DNA of 40,462 nt from Parcubacteria group bacterium Gr01-1014_31. GTDB lineage: Bacteria; Patescibacteriota; Patescibacteriia; Buchananbacterales; GWA2-38-13. The translations under genes were made by a program, and so were the position numbers. The notes under the pieces are model-generated. The model was not told where the DNA came from. It did not search any database and saw nothing but the letters and a program-made list of their open reading frames with translations. The DNA is taken from the NCBI GenBank assembly GCA_007376135.1, contig VMFR01000001.1, forward strand, positions 336,554 through 377,015, in the 5' to 3' direction. Positions 1 to 8,198 of this stretch are shown piece by piece. Within the stretch, counting starts at the first letter, position 1. The number at the start of each line of letters is the position of its first letter.

Positions 1-695
1 TCCTGATCGCCACCACGGTTTCCATCGTCATCCTGATGATGACCTTTGTCGTGCCCAAGATCACCGGTATTTTCGAGGAGAGCCACGCGACGCTCCCGCT
101 GACGACCCGCATCCTCATCGCCACCAGCAATTTTCTGCATCGGTACGGACTGGTGCTGCTGCCCACGCTGGCGCTGGCCCTGCCGACCGCTTTCCGCCTG
201 TGGAGCCGGCGCGGACGCGGCAAAACGCAGTGGGATTACCTGCTCCTGCGCATCCCTATCGCGGGCAAGATCGTTCGGGAATTCAACCTGGCGCGCCTGA
301 CGCGGTCCATCAGCGCGCTGCTGAAAAGCGGCGTGTCCATCCATCGCGCCCTGGAGCTGGTGCGGGACGTCACCTCGCATACCGAATACCAGCGTTCCAT
401 CCAACGAAGCGCGCAGATGGTCTTGCGCGGCATTCCCCTTTCGGAGCTCCTGAAAGGATACCCATCGCTCTACCCGCCGCTGGTGACGCGGATGTTGGAA
501 GTGGGCGAGCTCAGCGGCCAGCTGGACCGCATGTTCGACCGGCTCGCGGCCTATTACGAAAAATCGGTTGCCAACAAGCTCAGCAACCTGACGACGGTCA
601 TCGAGCCCGTCCTGCTCCTGACTGTGGGCAGCATCGTGGGATTCATCGCGGTGTCGATACTTCTTCCGATCTGGAAATTTGCGGAAACCATCTGA
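1..695 (+). CDS. pilC: Type IV pilus/T2SS platform protein, PilC/GspF family; 5'-truncated by the window edge (C-terminal GspF domain only)
   Basis: The frame is open from nt 3 (LIATTVSIVILMMTFVVPKITGIFEE...), so the ATG at 36 is internal. GspF-domain signature LVTRMLEVGELSGQLDRMFDRLAAYYE followed by a final TM helix. TGA stop at 693-695. Paralogue of the complete PilC at 15041-16162. Confidence 0.85.
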   Translation, partial: LIATTVSIVILMMTFVVPKITGIFEESHATLPLTTRILIATSNFLHRYGLVLLPTLALALPTAFRLWSRRGRGKTQWDYLLLRIPIAGKIVREFNLARLTRSISALLKSGVSIHRALELVRDVTSHTEYQRSIQRSAQMVLRGIPLSELLKGYPSLYPPLVTRMLEVGELSGQLDRMFDRLAAYYEKSVANKLSNLTTVIEPVLLLTVGSIVGFIAVSILLPIWKFAETI

Positions 696-1143
696 ACTTG
701 TGCGCAGCTCTTCTCCTCGCCTCGGATTCTCGCTGATTGAGCTGACCGCGGTCATCGGCATCGCGGTTCTGCTGCTACTGCTGACGCTGCCGAACTACCA
801 AACGATACGACGGACCATTTCCGTCCAGAACCAGGCAACCGAGGTGGAAGAAACATTGCGCTTGGCCCAGATCCGGGCGCTGACCGCCCAGGATGGCACC
901 GCGCATGGCGTTCACTTTTCCACCGGCCAGTACGTGCTCTTCGGCGGCGAATGGGCAAACCCCACCTATGCGGTCGCGCACGACCTCCAGCAGGGAGTGC
1001 AGGTGCTGAGCGGCGCGGGAGTGACCGTTACCTTCCGCCGGCTGGCGGGCACCGCGAACGCCGCGACGATCGTCATCGGCTTGCCGGGTGACAACCCCAA
1101 GACCATCCAGGTCGACGCAACCGGAAAAATATCAGCCCTATGA
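679..1143 (+). CDS. Prepilin-type minor pilin, FimT/GspH-like
   Basis: Class III signal SSSPRLG|FSLIELTAVIGIAVLLLLLTL (G-F-x-L-I-E plus hydrophobic helix). The TTG at 679 overlaps the pilC stop; GTG at 700 is an alternative start. The stop overlaps the next start (ATGA at 1140-1143). Confidence 0.8.
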   Translation: MRKPSELVRSSSPRLGFSLIELTAVIGIAVLLLLLTLPNYQTIRRTISVQNQATEVEETLRLAQIRALTAQDGTAHGVHFSTGQYVLFGGEWANPTYAVAHDLQQGVQVLSGAGVTVTFRRLAGTANAATIVIGLPGDNPKTIQVDATGKISAL

Positions 1144-1739
1144 CGCGGCACCAACCCATCCCGCTGCGGCCACGGGGTTTCAGCGTGGTCGAAGCGATCG
1201 TGAGTATCGCCATTGCCGCCACAATTGTAGTCGCCATCGGCAGCCTGCTCCAGCGCATCAACGCCACGCGTCGAGCCAGCGCCACGCGCCAAATGGCCGA
1301 CGCCTACGCGGTGGAAAGCCTGGAACTGCTGGCGAGCCTGAAAAATGCCGCATTCGCTTGCCGCTGCTCCGTCGATTCCTGCACCGCAACCTCCTGTACC
1401 CGGACGAGCGACCACCAGAGCTGTCCACTGCTGCCGGACTTCACAAGTTGCTGGACCGAATTTCCCGCCGGGCTGGCGGAGCTGACGCCCTTACGGCTCT
1501 CGAACACCGGCGGCAGCTGGGTCCTGCTGGCGGGGCCAGAAACCATCGGCGTTGATCTGCAGTTCACCCGCACCCTGACGATCGAGAATCTGCGACGGGA
1601 TGTCGATGGCAATATCAGCTCGACGGGGACCGTCGACTTCAACACCAAAAAAATAACGGTGACCGTCTCCTGGATGGAAGGAAGCGCGCCCAAAAGCTTG
1701 ACCCTTTCCCAGATCGTCACCGGCTGGAAAAATCTATGA
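1140..1739 (+). CDS. Prepilin-type minor pilin, PilV-like (short paralogue of 16163-18406)
   Basis: RPRG|FSVVEAIVSIAIAATIVVAIGSLL. Cys-rich middle segment (CRCSVDSCTATSCTRTSDHQSCPLLPDFTSC). KKITVTVSW parallels KKVRVAATW in the 747-aa paralogue. ATGA start/stop overlaps at both ends. Confidence 0.8.
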   Translation: MTRHQPIPLRPRGFSVVEAIVSIAIAATIVVAIGSLLQRINATRRASATRQMADAYAVESLELLASLKNAAFACRCSVDSCTATSCTRTSDHQSCPLLPDFTSCWTEFPAGLAELTPLRLSNTGGSWVLLAGPETIGVDLQFTRTLTIENLRRDVDGNISSTGTVDFNTKKITVTVSWMEGSAPKSLTLSQIVTGWKNL

Positions 1740-2260
1740 GCGCACCGATCCCTCGGCGTTCTCCCGGCGGCTATACCCTGGTCGAGCTGCTCGTGTATGT
1801 TGGCATAGCGACGATCGCCATCGTGGTCTTCAGCAGCTTTATGGTGGACGTTTCCAAACAGGCGGCGTACGCGCGCATTCGCCAGGAGGTGCACCATACC
1901 GGCCGAGTGCTGCTGACCCGGATGATCAGCGACATCCGGAACGCCCAATCGGTAACGATCACCAGCCCCAAAGAGCTGCGCCTCGTCACGCCCTCGGGCA
2001 GCGCTATCCGCTACGTTTGGAATGACGACCCGGCGATCCTGCAAGCCGAATTCGATGACGGGTCCGGCAGCGGGACCGTACCGCTCACGAGCAGCGCCGT
2101 GCGCGTCACGCTGCTCGATTTTCAATACCGTTCCGCCAATACGAACGAAATATCGGTTCACCTGCGGGTCGCCCAGGGCAACGAGAGCGCCGCGCCGGAA
2201 CGGCGCGCCGACATCGACATCGCTTCAGCCGGGATCCGGCGGCGGTCGCTGTACCAGTAA
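1736..2260 (+). CDS. Prepilin-type minor pilin, PilW/GspJ-like
   Basis: SPGG|YTLVELLVYVGIATIAIVVF. MISDIRNAQSV and AIRYVW parallel AKEIREADIS and KIRYFL of 18410-19027. Confidence 0.75.
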   Translation: MSAPIPRRSPGGYTLVELLVYVGIATIAIVVFSSFMVDVSKQAAYARIRQEVHHTGRVLLTRMISDIRNAQSVTITSPKELRLVTPSGSAIRYVWNDDPAILQAEFDDGSGSGTVPLTSSAVRVTLLDFQYRSANTNEISVHLRVAQGNESAAPERRADIDIASAGIRRRSLYQ

Positions 2261-2266
2261 CCTGCT

Positions 2267-3610
2267 ATGCCTGCCCTCGCATTCCACCAGCAGCGCGGCG
2301 TGATCACCATGATGGCCCTGATGGTCGTTTCGGTGTTCGCGCTGACCATCATCTTCACGGTGACCGACCTTGCCCTCAACGATTCACGCATGACCGGCTC
2401 GATGACCGCCAGCGGCCAGGCGTTCGCCGGGGCGGAAACCGGGATCGAAGAAGCCCTCTATCGCCTCGCGACGACCCCCGGCGTCGAGCATCTTTCGCTG
2501 ACCCTCGACGGCGGGCACGTGGAGGTGGCGCTCGCCCCCAACCCGGCCGACAGCTTCCAGCGGATCATCACGGCGACCTCCACCGACCCGACCGGCAAGC
2601 GGCGCGTGGTGCGCCTGGTCGTCCAGACCAGCTTTTTCTCCGGGGGTTTCGACTCCGCGGTGCAGACCGGCGGCGGGGGGCTGGAAATGGACAACAATAG
2701 TTGGGTCGACGGGAACGTTTTTTCCAACGGCAGCATTCTGGGCGGCAGCGGCGTCAAGCGGGAGATCCGCGGCAACGTCACGGTCGCCGGCGCGGGAACC
2801 CTGGACAATATCTGGGTACGGCAGCTCAACGGCTCGGGAGCGACCGCGTACGCCCAGACCATCAAGAACGCCGTCATCGACGAGGATGCGTACTACCAAG
2901 ACATCACCGATTCAACGGTAGCGGGAACCGCCCACCCGGGAAGCCCCAACCGGGCGCCGATGCCGCTGGCCATCGACGACGCGGACCTGCAGCTGTGGAA
3001 AAATGAGATCACCGCGCTGGGGCAACCCGCGATCCCGCCATCGGCGCTGACGGATTGCCCGGCGCAAGCGCCCTACGACTCCGGCACCTACTACTGCATC
3101 ACGACGGCGACGACCCTGGGGGGTCGGAAGATCGAGGCTGACGTGTATGTAAAAGGGGATGTGACCTTGACGCTCGACGGCAACCTGTGGATCACGGGAA
3201 AACTGATATTCGGGGACAGCGGCAACGGCGCCCTCCAGGCAGCCCCGTCGCTGGGCGACGGCAGCGCAGTGATCATGACCGACGGCACGATCGATATCAG
3301 CAACAACTATGCTGTCCAGGGATCCGGCAGCCCGAAAAGCTTCGTCCTCCTGGTGACTTCCAGCCCCAATATCGACGTCGAGCCCCCGGCGATCTTTGCC
3401 AGCAACGGCTCGCAGTCGCTCATCCTGGCCGCCCCGCACGGCGAGATCAGGGTCAAGAACGGCGGCGCGGTGAACGCGTCGTTAGCGGAAAAGATACGGC
3501 TGAACCAAAACAGCCACGTCACCTACAACGTCAACCTGGCTTCTTTTTTCGTGCCTGGCGCCAACGGGAACGCCATGGTCATCGTGCCGGACACCTGGGA
3601 GGAACGATAG
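2267..3610 (+). CDS. PilX-like pilus-associated protein with a large Gly/Asn-rich (beta-helix-like) extracellular domain
   Basis: PilX-type N-terminal anchor QQRGVITMMALMVVSVFALTIIF. Repeats GNVFSNGSILGGSGV / GNVTVAGAGTL. The C-terminus ...PDTWEER parallels ...ISWEEV of 19024-20511. Fourth gene of a fimT-pilV-pilW-pilX-like array. Confidence 0.7.
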   Translation: MPALAFHQQRGVITMMALMVVSVFALTIIFTVTDLALNDSRMTGSMTASGQAFAGAETGIEEALYRLATTPGVEHLSLTLDGGHVEVALAPNPADSFQRIITATSTDPTGKRRVVRLVVQTSFFSGGFDSAVQTGGGGLEMDNNSWVDGNVFSNGSILGGSGVKREIRGNVTVAGAGTLDNIWVRQLNGSGATAYAQTIKNAVIDEDAYYQDITDSTVAGTAHPGSPNRAPMPLAIDDADLQLWKNEITALGQPAIPPSALTDCPAQAPYDSGTYYCITTATTLGGRKIEADVYVKGDVTLTLDGNLWITGKLIFGDSGNGALQAAPSLGDGSAVIMTDGTIDISNNYAVQGSGSPKSFVLLVTSSPNIDVEPPAIFASNGSQSLILAAPHGEIRVKNGGAVNASLAEKIRLNQNSHVTYNVNLASFFVPGANGNAMVIVPDTWEER

Positions 3611-3700
3611 CCGACGCTTTTCTTGCGCGGCTCGCATTTCCGGCGGGCTTTTCTTTTTTTTGCGACAAAAAACTATCGGCTACCAGCGACCATCTACCTC

Positions 3701-4693
3701 CTAGTAGCCGACGTACTGGATCTCCTCTTCCAATTGGATGCCGGCCTGGTTTCGGATGCGCGTCTTGATGAACGCGATCAGCTGTGCGACGTCGTCGGCC
3801 GTCGCCTTCTGCTCGGGGTTGATGATGATATTGCCGTGCTGATTTGACAGCTGTGCCCCGCCGATGCGCATCCCCCGCAAGCCGAGCCGTTCGGTCAGGA
3901 AACCGACCGGCAATTTTCTGTACTTGGTCTTGGCGCGAAACTCCTCCTCCGTCGTATCCAGGGCGCGGCACAGCTTCACTTCGTCCAGCTGCGCTGTTTT
4001 CAGGTCGATATTCTTGAAAATGGAACCGATGCTGGGGTCGGGCGGGATGCGCTCGTTGCGTTTCCGCACGATGTCAGCGGCTTCTCGCGCAACCTGCTCG
4101 GCCGGGCGCTTGGCCAGCAGTATCTTCACCGAAAGCACCACGCCGGGTTTAGAACGCAGAACGCTGTACCGGTAAGCGAGTTGCAGGTCGGCGGGACGCA
4201 GTTGGACAACGGCGCCGCCCAGAAAACAGGTGACCTCCTGGCAGAGCTCGCCAAATCCTTTGCCCCATGCGCCCGCATTGCCCCGCACGGCAGCTCCGAC
4301 GGTGCCCGGGATACCGGCCATGAATTCCATGCCCCCCAGTCCTCGGTCGGCGCAGCGCTGCAGAAGCTCCATCGTTTTCAGTCCGCCGCCGCAGGTCACC
4401 GTGGCGCCGTCGATCCGGAACTCGGTATTGCGGTCCAGGATGACCAGCCCCGGGAACCCGGCGTCGGAAATCAGCACGTTGGAGCCCTCGCCCAGCACCA
4501 GTTGGGGCAGCTCGGCGCGGGCGGCCGCCTGCAGCGCCTGCACCATCGCATCGGCCGAGTCGGCGCGGCAGAGGAAGCGCGCAGGACCGCCGATCTTGAA
4601 GGTCGTGTACGGCTTGAGCAGGACGTTTTCCTGTAAACTGGGGATTATCCCTCTGAGAGCGGGTAATGTCGCCATAAATAATCTTTCTTCCAC
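3701..4693 (-). CDS. murB: UDP-N-acetylenolpyruvoylglucosamine reductase
   Basis: KPYTTFKIGGPARFL and LVLGEGSNVLISD (FAD-binding PCMH domain); GSIFKN. Start is GTG at 4693 or ATG at 4675. Confidence 0.9.
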   Translation of the reverse strand: MEERLFMATLPALRGIIPSLQENVLLKPYTTFKIGGPARFLCRADSADAMVQALQAAARAELPQLVLGEGSNVLISDAGFPGLVILDRNTEFRIDGATVTCGGGLKTMELLQRCADRGLGGMEFMAGIPGTVGAAVRGNAGAWGKGFGELCQEVTCFLGGAVVQLRPADLQLAYRYSVLRSKPGVVLSVKILLAKRPAEQVAREAADIVRKRNERIPPDPSIGSIFKNIDLKTAQLDEVKLCRALDTTEEEFRAKTKYRKLPVGFLTERLGLRGMRIGGAQLSNQHGNIIINPEQKATADDVAQLIAFIKTRIRNQAGIQLEEEIQYVGY

Positions 4694-4830
4694 TACCCTA
4701 TCATAATACCGACAGAATGAATATAAAAAATACGCTATCGTTACCGATCATATTATTACGATTCCTTTCCCTCACTACACTTACAAAAAATGCTCTCATG
4801 GAAATCCACAGCACTCACAATTTGAAACAC

Positions 4831-4861
4831 AAAAAAGCCCCTGGGATTTTGGTCCTGGGGC
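4831..4861 (-). terminator. Rho-independent terminator of the zinc-finger mini-gene
   Basis: On the - strand: GCCCCAGGACCAAAATCCCAGGGGC followed by TTTTTTGTGTTT. Confidence 0.65.
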
Positions 4862-4880
4862 TGCGGCTCGGGTTTTCGGC

Positions 4881-5102
4881 TCACCACTTACCGTTTTTCG
4901 CTATCGTGCTAATTACCTCATCGAGCTTTTCTTCTTGGCATTGCCTTGAACAAAAGCGACCGTTGACAGTGCCATCGCGACGATAGCTAACGATGCTTGT
5001 GTCGCCCTTCTTGAGACGCTGACAGCAATGTCCGCATGCAGAAGGCTTTTGCAACACCTCTTCCCCGACCCTGAAAAATAGTCGTCGCACGTCCTTCTTC
5101 AA
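4881..5102 (-). CDS. Small (73 aa) FCS/MYM-type (TRASH-superfamily) zinc-finger protein
   Basis: C-x2-C ... F-C-S-x2-C pattern (CGHCCQRLKKGDTSIVSYRRDGTVNGRFCSRQC). Strong SD AAGGAGGGAGGGAT directly before the TTG start. Its own hairpin plus U-tract terminator at 4831-4861. G/C at about 40 of 73 third positions (hand count), clearly lower than in the neighbouring genes. Confidence 0.6.
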   Translation of the reverse strand: MKKDVRRLFFRVGEEVLQKPSACGHCCQRLKKGDTSIVSYRRDGTVNGRFCSRQCQEEKLDEVISTIAKNGKW

Positions 5103-5175
5103 ATCCCTCCCTCCTTATAAAGAACCATTATTGCTGCGGCGCGACCACAATGGTAGCGGAAAACACGCAACGTAT

Positions 5176-5204
5176 TCTGATAGCATACCCATACGTTTTT
5201 GTCA
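5176..5204 (-). promoter_or_regulatory. Candidate promoter of the zinc-finger mini-gene
   Basis: On the - strand: TTGACA, 17-nt spacer, TATCAG, about 70 nt upstream of the SD. Confidence 0.35.
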
Positions 5205-5229
5205 ATTGGAAAAAGCTTTCCTACTTTTG

Positions 5230-6663
5230 TTATAGGTTCCAGGTTTCACGTTTCATGATAAGGTCGCGCACTTTGTACACGTCGCCGGCACCCATGGTGA
5301 CGACCACGTCGCCGGGCTCCAGGTACGGCGCCAGGTGCTCGGCGGTTTGCTGCAGCGTGCCGGAAGCGCGCGCCGCTTCGTGGACCTCGCTGATGGCCGC
5401 GGCCAGATCGCGAGTCGCGGTCGGGTCAGTGGCTTCGCGAGCCGACGCGAACAGGTCGGCAACCAGCACGCGATTGGCCGGCGCGAACGCTTTCGCGAAC
5501 TGCGGCATCAGCGCGCGCGTCCGTGACGCCAGGTGTGGCTGGAACACCGCCCAGATCTTTTGCTGGGGGTAGCGCTCGCGGATGGCCTCCAGCGTGCGGG
5601 CAACCTCGGTCGGATGATGGCCATAGTCGTCCACGAACGTCACGCCGCCCGCGGTTATGGTTTCTTGGCGGCGGGAAAGTCCCCGGAACGACGACAGGGC
5701 GGAGGAAAACGCCGAAATATCCAACCCCAATTCCAGGCAAACAATAAGCGCGGCGGTGGCATTCAACGCATTATGGCGGCCCAGCAACGGACTGGCAAAC
5801 TCCGCAAGTTTCTTGCCGCCGCGACTGACCGTGAAACGGCTGCCTTCGGGCGTAAGTCGAAAATCGCTGACCGTAAAGTCGGCGTCCGCGCTGCCGCCGT
5901 AGCGAATGACCTGGTCGCCCGACTTCACCGCTTTCACGACGGACGGCCAGTCGGCGCACGCCACCACCGGTCCGCGCGTTTTTTTCACCAGCGCGGCGAA
6001 GGTTTGCTCCATCGTCCGCACGTCGGGGTAGATATCCACGTGCTCCCACTCCAAACTGGTAATGATGGACGCCCATGGGTTGAGGTCCAAAAATTTGGCG
6101 TCGTGGTCGGCCTGGCTCTTGGCGTACTCGTCGCCCTCGACGATAAAAAGCCCGCCGCGACCCCAGTGCGCGCTCGCCCCTAACCCCATGATCGCCGGCG
6201 CGCCCACGAGATAGCCGGGGTCCATGCCCGCCTGCGTCAGTACCCAAGAAAGCAACGCCGTGGTCGTACTTTTACCGTGTACGCCCGTTACCGCCACGGT
6301 CTTTCTCTGCCGCGAGAGAAATCCGCGAACGTCGGAGTCGTTCATCATCAAAATCCCCTGTTCCCTGGCTGCCCGCACTTCGGGATTGGCATCGGTCCAC
6401 GACGCGCCCACCACCACCACGTCGGGTTTCGAAATTAGATTTTTACTGGCAAAACCCTGGCTGACGGCGATACCGGCTTCCCGTAGTTCATTTTCGGTCG
6501 CAAAAAAATCCTCGGTATCTGAACCGCGGACTTTTTTTCCCTGCTCCTGGAGGATGAGCGCAAGGCCTGCCATGGCAACACCTTTGATGCCAATAAAATA
6601 CACGCTCAAGGCTTTCGCCAATGCGTTGTCATTCTTGACATTCCCCTTCTTTTGTGGTATCAT
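5230..6663 (-). CDS. murC: UDP-N-acetylmuramate--L-alanine ligase
   Basis: YFIGIKGVAMAGLALIL (N-terminal Rossmann domain), GVHGKSTTTALLSWVL (Mur ligase P-loop), DDYGHHPTEV. Confidence 0.9.
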   Translation of the reverse strand: MIPQKKGNVKNDNALAKALSVYFIGIKGVAMAGLALILQEQGKKVRGSDTEDFFATENELREAGIAVSQGFASKNLISKPDVVVVGASWTDANPEVRAAREQGILMMNDSDVRGFLSRQRKTVAVTGVHGKSTTTALLSWVLTQAGMDPGYLVGAPAIMGLGASAHWGRGGLFIVEGDEYAKSQADHDAKFLDLNPWASIITSLEWEHVDIYPDVRTMEQTFAALVKKTRGPVVACADWPSVVKAVKSGDQVIRYGGSADADFTVSDFRLTPEGSRFTVSRGGKKLAEFASPLLGRHNALNATAALIVCLELGLDISAFSSALSSFRGLSRRQETITAGGVTFVDDYGHHPTEVARTLEAIRERYPQQKIWAVFQPHLASRTRALMPQFAKAFAPANRVLVADLFASAREATDPTATRDLAAAISEVHEAARASGTLQQTAEHLAPYLEPGDVVVTMGAGDVYKVRDLIMKRETWNL

Positions 6664-6718
6664 TATTTTCCGTAAAATTAACTATCCCACCATAGCACCT
6701 TTTTTGTAAGGAGAAACC

Positions 6719-6982
6719 GTGCGCCATCACGACATCGTCGTCACGCCGGTGGTCGTCCCCAACCACCTCTGCCCGTCCCGACTCGTCCGGCGCGTCGCCT
6801 GGACCCTCAAGCTCGCTCGCCAGCAGCCTCGCGGGAGTTTCCATCACCGCATCCTCCTGGTGCTGGCCAACGCCATCGAAGACCGGCTGTTCGAGCTGGG
6901 TATCATCATGGATGCTCCCGACGACGGTCCGATCGTCAGTCCGGAGGAACATCTGCTGCTCCAACAATTCGACCTGGACTAG
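6719..6982 (+). CDS. Hypothetical 87-aa protein, opposite strand to the dcw genes
   Basis: SD AAGGAGAAACC then GTG at 6719. G/C at roughly 70 of 87 third positions (hand count). Followed by a hairpin plus T6 terminator on the + strand. The competing minus ORF 6629-7018 translates to low-complexity R/D/G/E-rich sequence. Confidence 0.45.
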   Translation: MRHHDIVVTPVVVPNHLCPSRLVRRVAWTLKLARQQPRGSFHHRILLVLANAIEDRLFELGIIMDAPDDGPIVSPEEHLLLQQFDLD

Positions 6983-6998
6983 CCCGCTCCCCCGCCCT

Positions 6999-7038
6999 CC
7001 CGCCCGCTGTGCATGCACGGCGCGGCGGGATCTTTTTT
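6999..7038 (+). terminator. Rho-independent terminator after ORF 6719-6982
   Basis: CCCGCCCGC...GCGCGGCGGG stem enclosing the GTGCATGCAC palindrome, followed by ATCTTTTTT. The T-tract overlaps the murG stop codon. Confidence 0.6.
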
Positions 7039-8104
7039 ATCCGTCGCCGCCCAATCGCCGCACTAGGTCCGCGACCGCGGCGGCCGCCTGCGGCGGCAGC
7101 ATCTTACTGATGTTGCGGCCGAGATTCGCCAGCAGCGGCTTGTCTTCGATGATCTCCTTCACTTTCCCGGTGAAGTCGGCTTGCGTCAGACCGGTCTGGG
7201 ATACAATGATGGCCGCATTATTCCTCGCGAACGTGATGGCGTTGGCCACCTGGTGACTGCCGGGGATGGGGATGAGCGCGGCCGCTTTCCCCAGCGATCC
7301 CAACTCCGAAAGCACTCCCATGCCGGCGCGCGACACCACCAGGTCGGCGGCGGCGTAAGCCGCCGACAGCTCCGCGCCGAGGAATTCGAACGCCCGGTAG
7401 CGCGGGTGCTCGGCGACCACTTCCATCTTGCCGCGGCCGGTGAGGTGGATGACCTGGCAGAACTGCACTAAGTCGTTGAGACTGTCCCACACCAGGCGGT
7501 TGAGCGCCGAAGCCCCCGTGCCGCCGCCCAACACCAGCACGATGGGCACGTCCGGCAAAAAGCGGAACAGCTCAAGCGCGGCTGCGCGCTCGGTCAGCTG
7601 ACGGTCGGCGCGCACTGGATTGCCGGTGACCGTGGTTTTGTTGGCGGAAAACGCGGTCAGGCTGGAGCTGAACGCCACGGTGATCGCCGAGGCGAACGGC
7701 GCCAAGAGCTTGTTGGTCAGGCTGGGAGTAACGTCCTGCTGGTGGATGAGGCTGGGAATTCTCTTGGTGCGCGCTGCCAACGCCACGGGAACGGCCACGA
7801 ACGAGCCGGCCGACACCACCACGTCCGGCTTGAACCGCTTTATCACGGCGCGGGCCTGCAGGATGCCGTACGGCAGCGTGAACGGTAACAGCAGCGTCCG
7901 CCAATCCCAATAGCGGCGCAGCTTGGGAGCGCTGACGGTCGTGAACGCGATACCCTGTTCGGCGATGATGTCGCGCTCCGGACCGTCCTTGGTCCCCACC
8001 CACAGCGCGTCCACCTGGCGACCCTGCTGCAAGAGCATCTGGTGCACGGCCAAAAGCGGGCTGACTGAGCCCAAGGTCCCCCCGCCGGCGTAGATGATGC
8101 GCAT
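7037..8104 (-). CDS. murG: Undecaprenyldiphospho-muramoylpentapeptide beta-N-acetylglucosaminyltransferase
   Basis: MRIIYAGGGTLGSVSPLLAV (G-loop), VLVLGGGTGASALN; GT28 N- and C-domain layout. Confidence 0.9.
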   Translation of the reverse strand: MRIIYAGGGTLGSVSPLLAVHQMLLQQGRQVDALWVGTKDGPERDIIAEQGIAFTTVSAPKLRRYWDWRTLLLPFTLPYGILQARAVIKRFKPDVVVSAGSFVAVPVALAARTKRIPSLIHQQDVTPSLTNKLLAPFASAITVAFSSSLTAFSANKTTVTGNPVRADRQLTERAAALELFRFLPDVPIVLVLGGGTGASALNRLVWDSLNDLVQFCQVIHLTGRGKMEVVAEHPRYRAFEFLGAELSAAYAAADLVVSRAGMGVLSELGSLGKAAALIPIPGSHQVANAITFARNNAAIIVSQTGLTQADFTGKVKEIIEDKPLLANLGRNISKMLPPQAAAAVADLVRRLGGDG

Positions 8105-8142
8105 AGTGGAGAAGCAAGAATCAAGAAGTAAGAATCAAGGGG
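8105..8142 (-). promoter_or_regulatory. CT-rich conserved upstream element (copy 1), immediately 5' of murG
   Basis: Minus-strand reading: CCCCTTGATTCTTACTTCTTGATTCTTGCTTCTCCACT-ATG. Contains an internal direct repeat CTTGATTCTT x2. No SD. Confidence 0.5.
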
Positions 8143-8198
8143 TCATCGACATCGATATTCTTGATGCTGGATACTTGATACTCAATACGACGATTCCC

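Noticed and set aside
3611-3700. T-rich tract (GGGCTTTTCTTTTTTTTG) and GCTTTTCTT x2 between the convergent PilX-like gene and murB
   Set aside because: I could not find a convincing GC stem preceding the T-run, so I am not calling it a terminator.
4717-4986. 89-aa plus-strand ORF in the AT-rich cassette (and 5150-5572 antisense to the murC 3' end)
   Set aside because: These overlap the better-supported minus-strand zinc-finger gene or murC. They have no SD and their translations are implausible.
6629-7018. 129-aa minus-strand ORF between murG and murC
   Set aside because: It has the same operon orientation, but its translation is low-complexity and acidic, it overlaps the murC start, and it begins inside a terminator hairpin. 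The plus frame has an SD and slightly better third-position bias. This rejection is not decisive.
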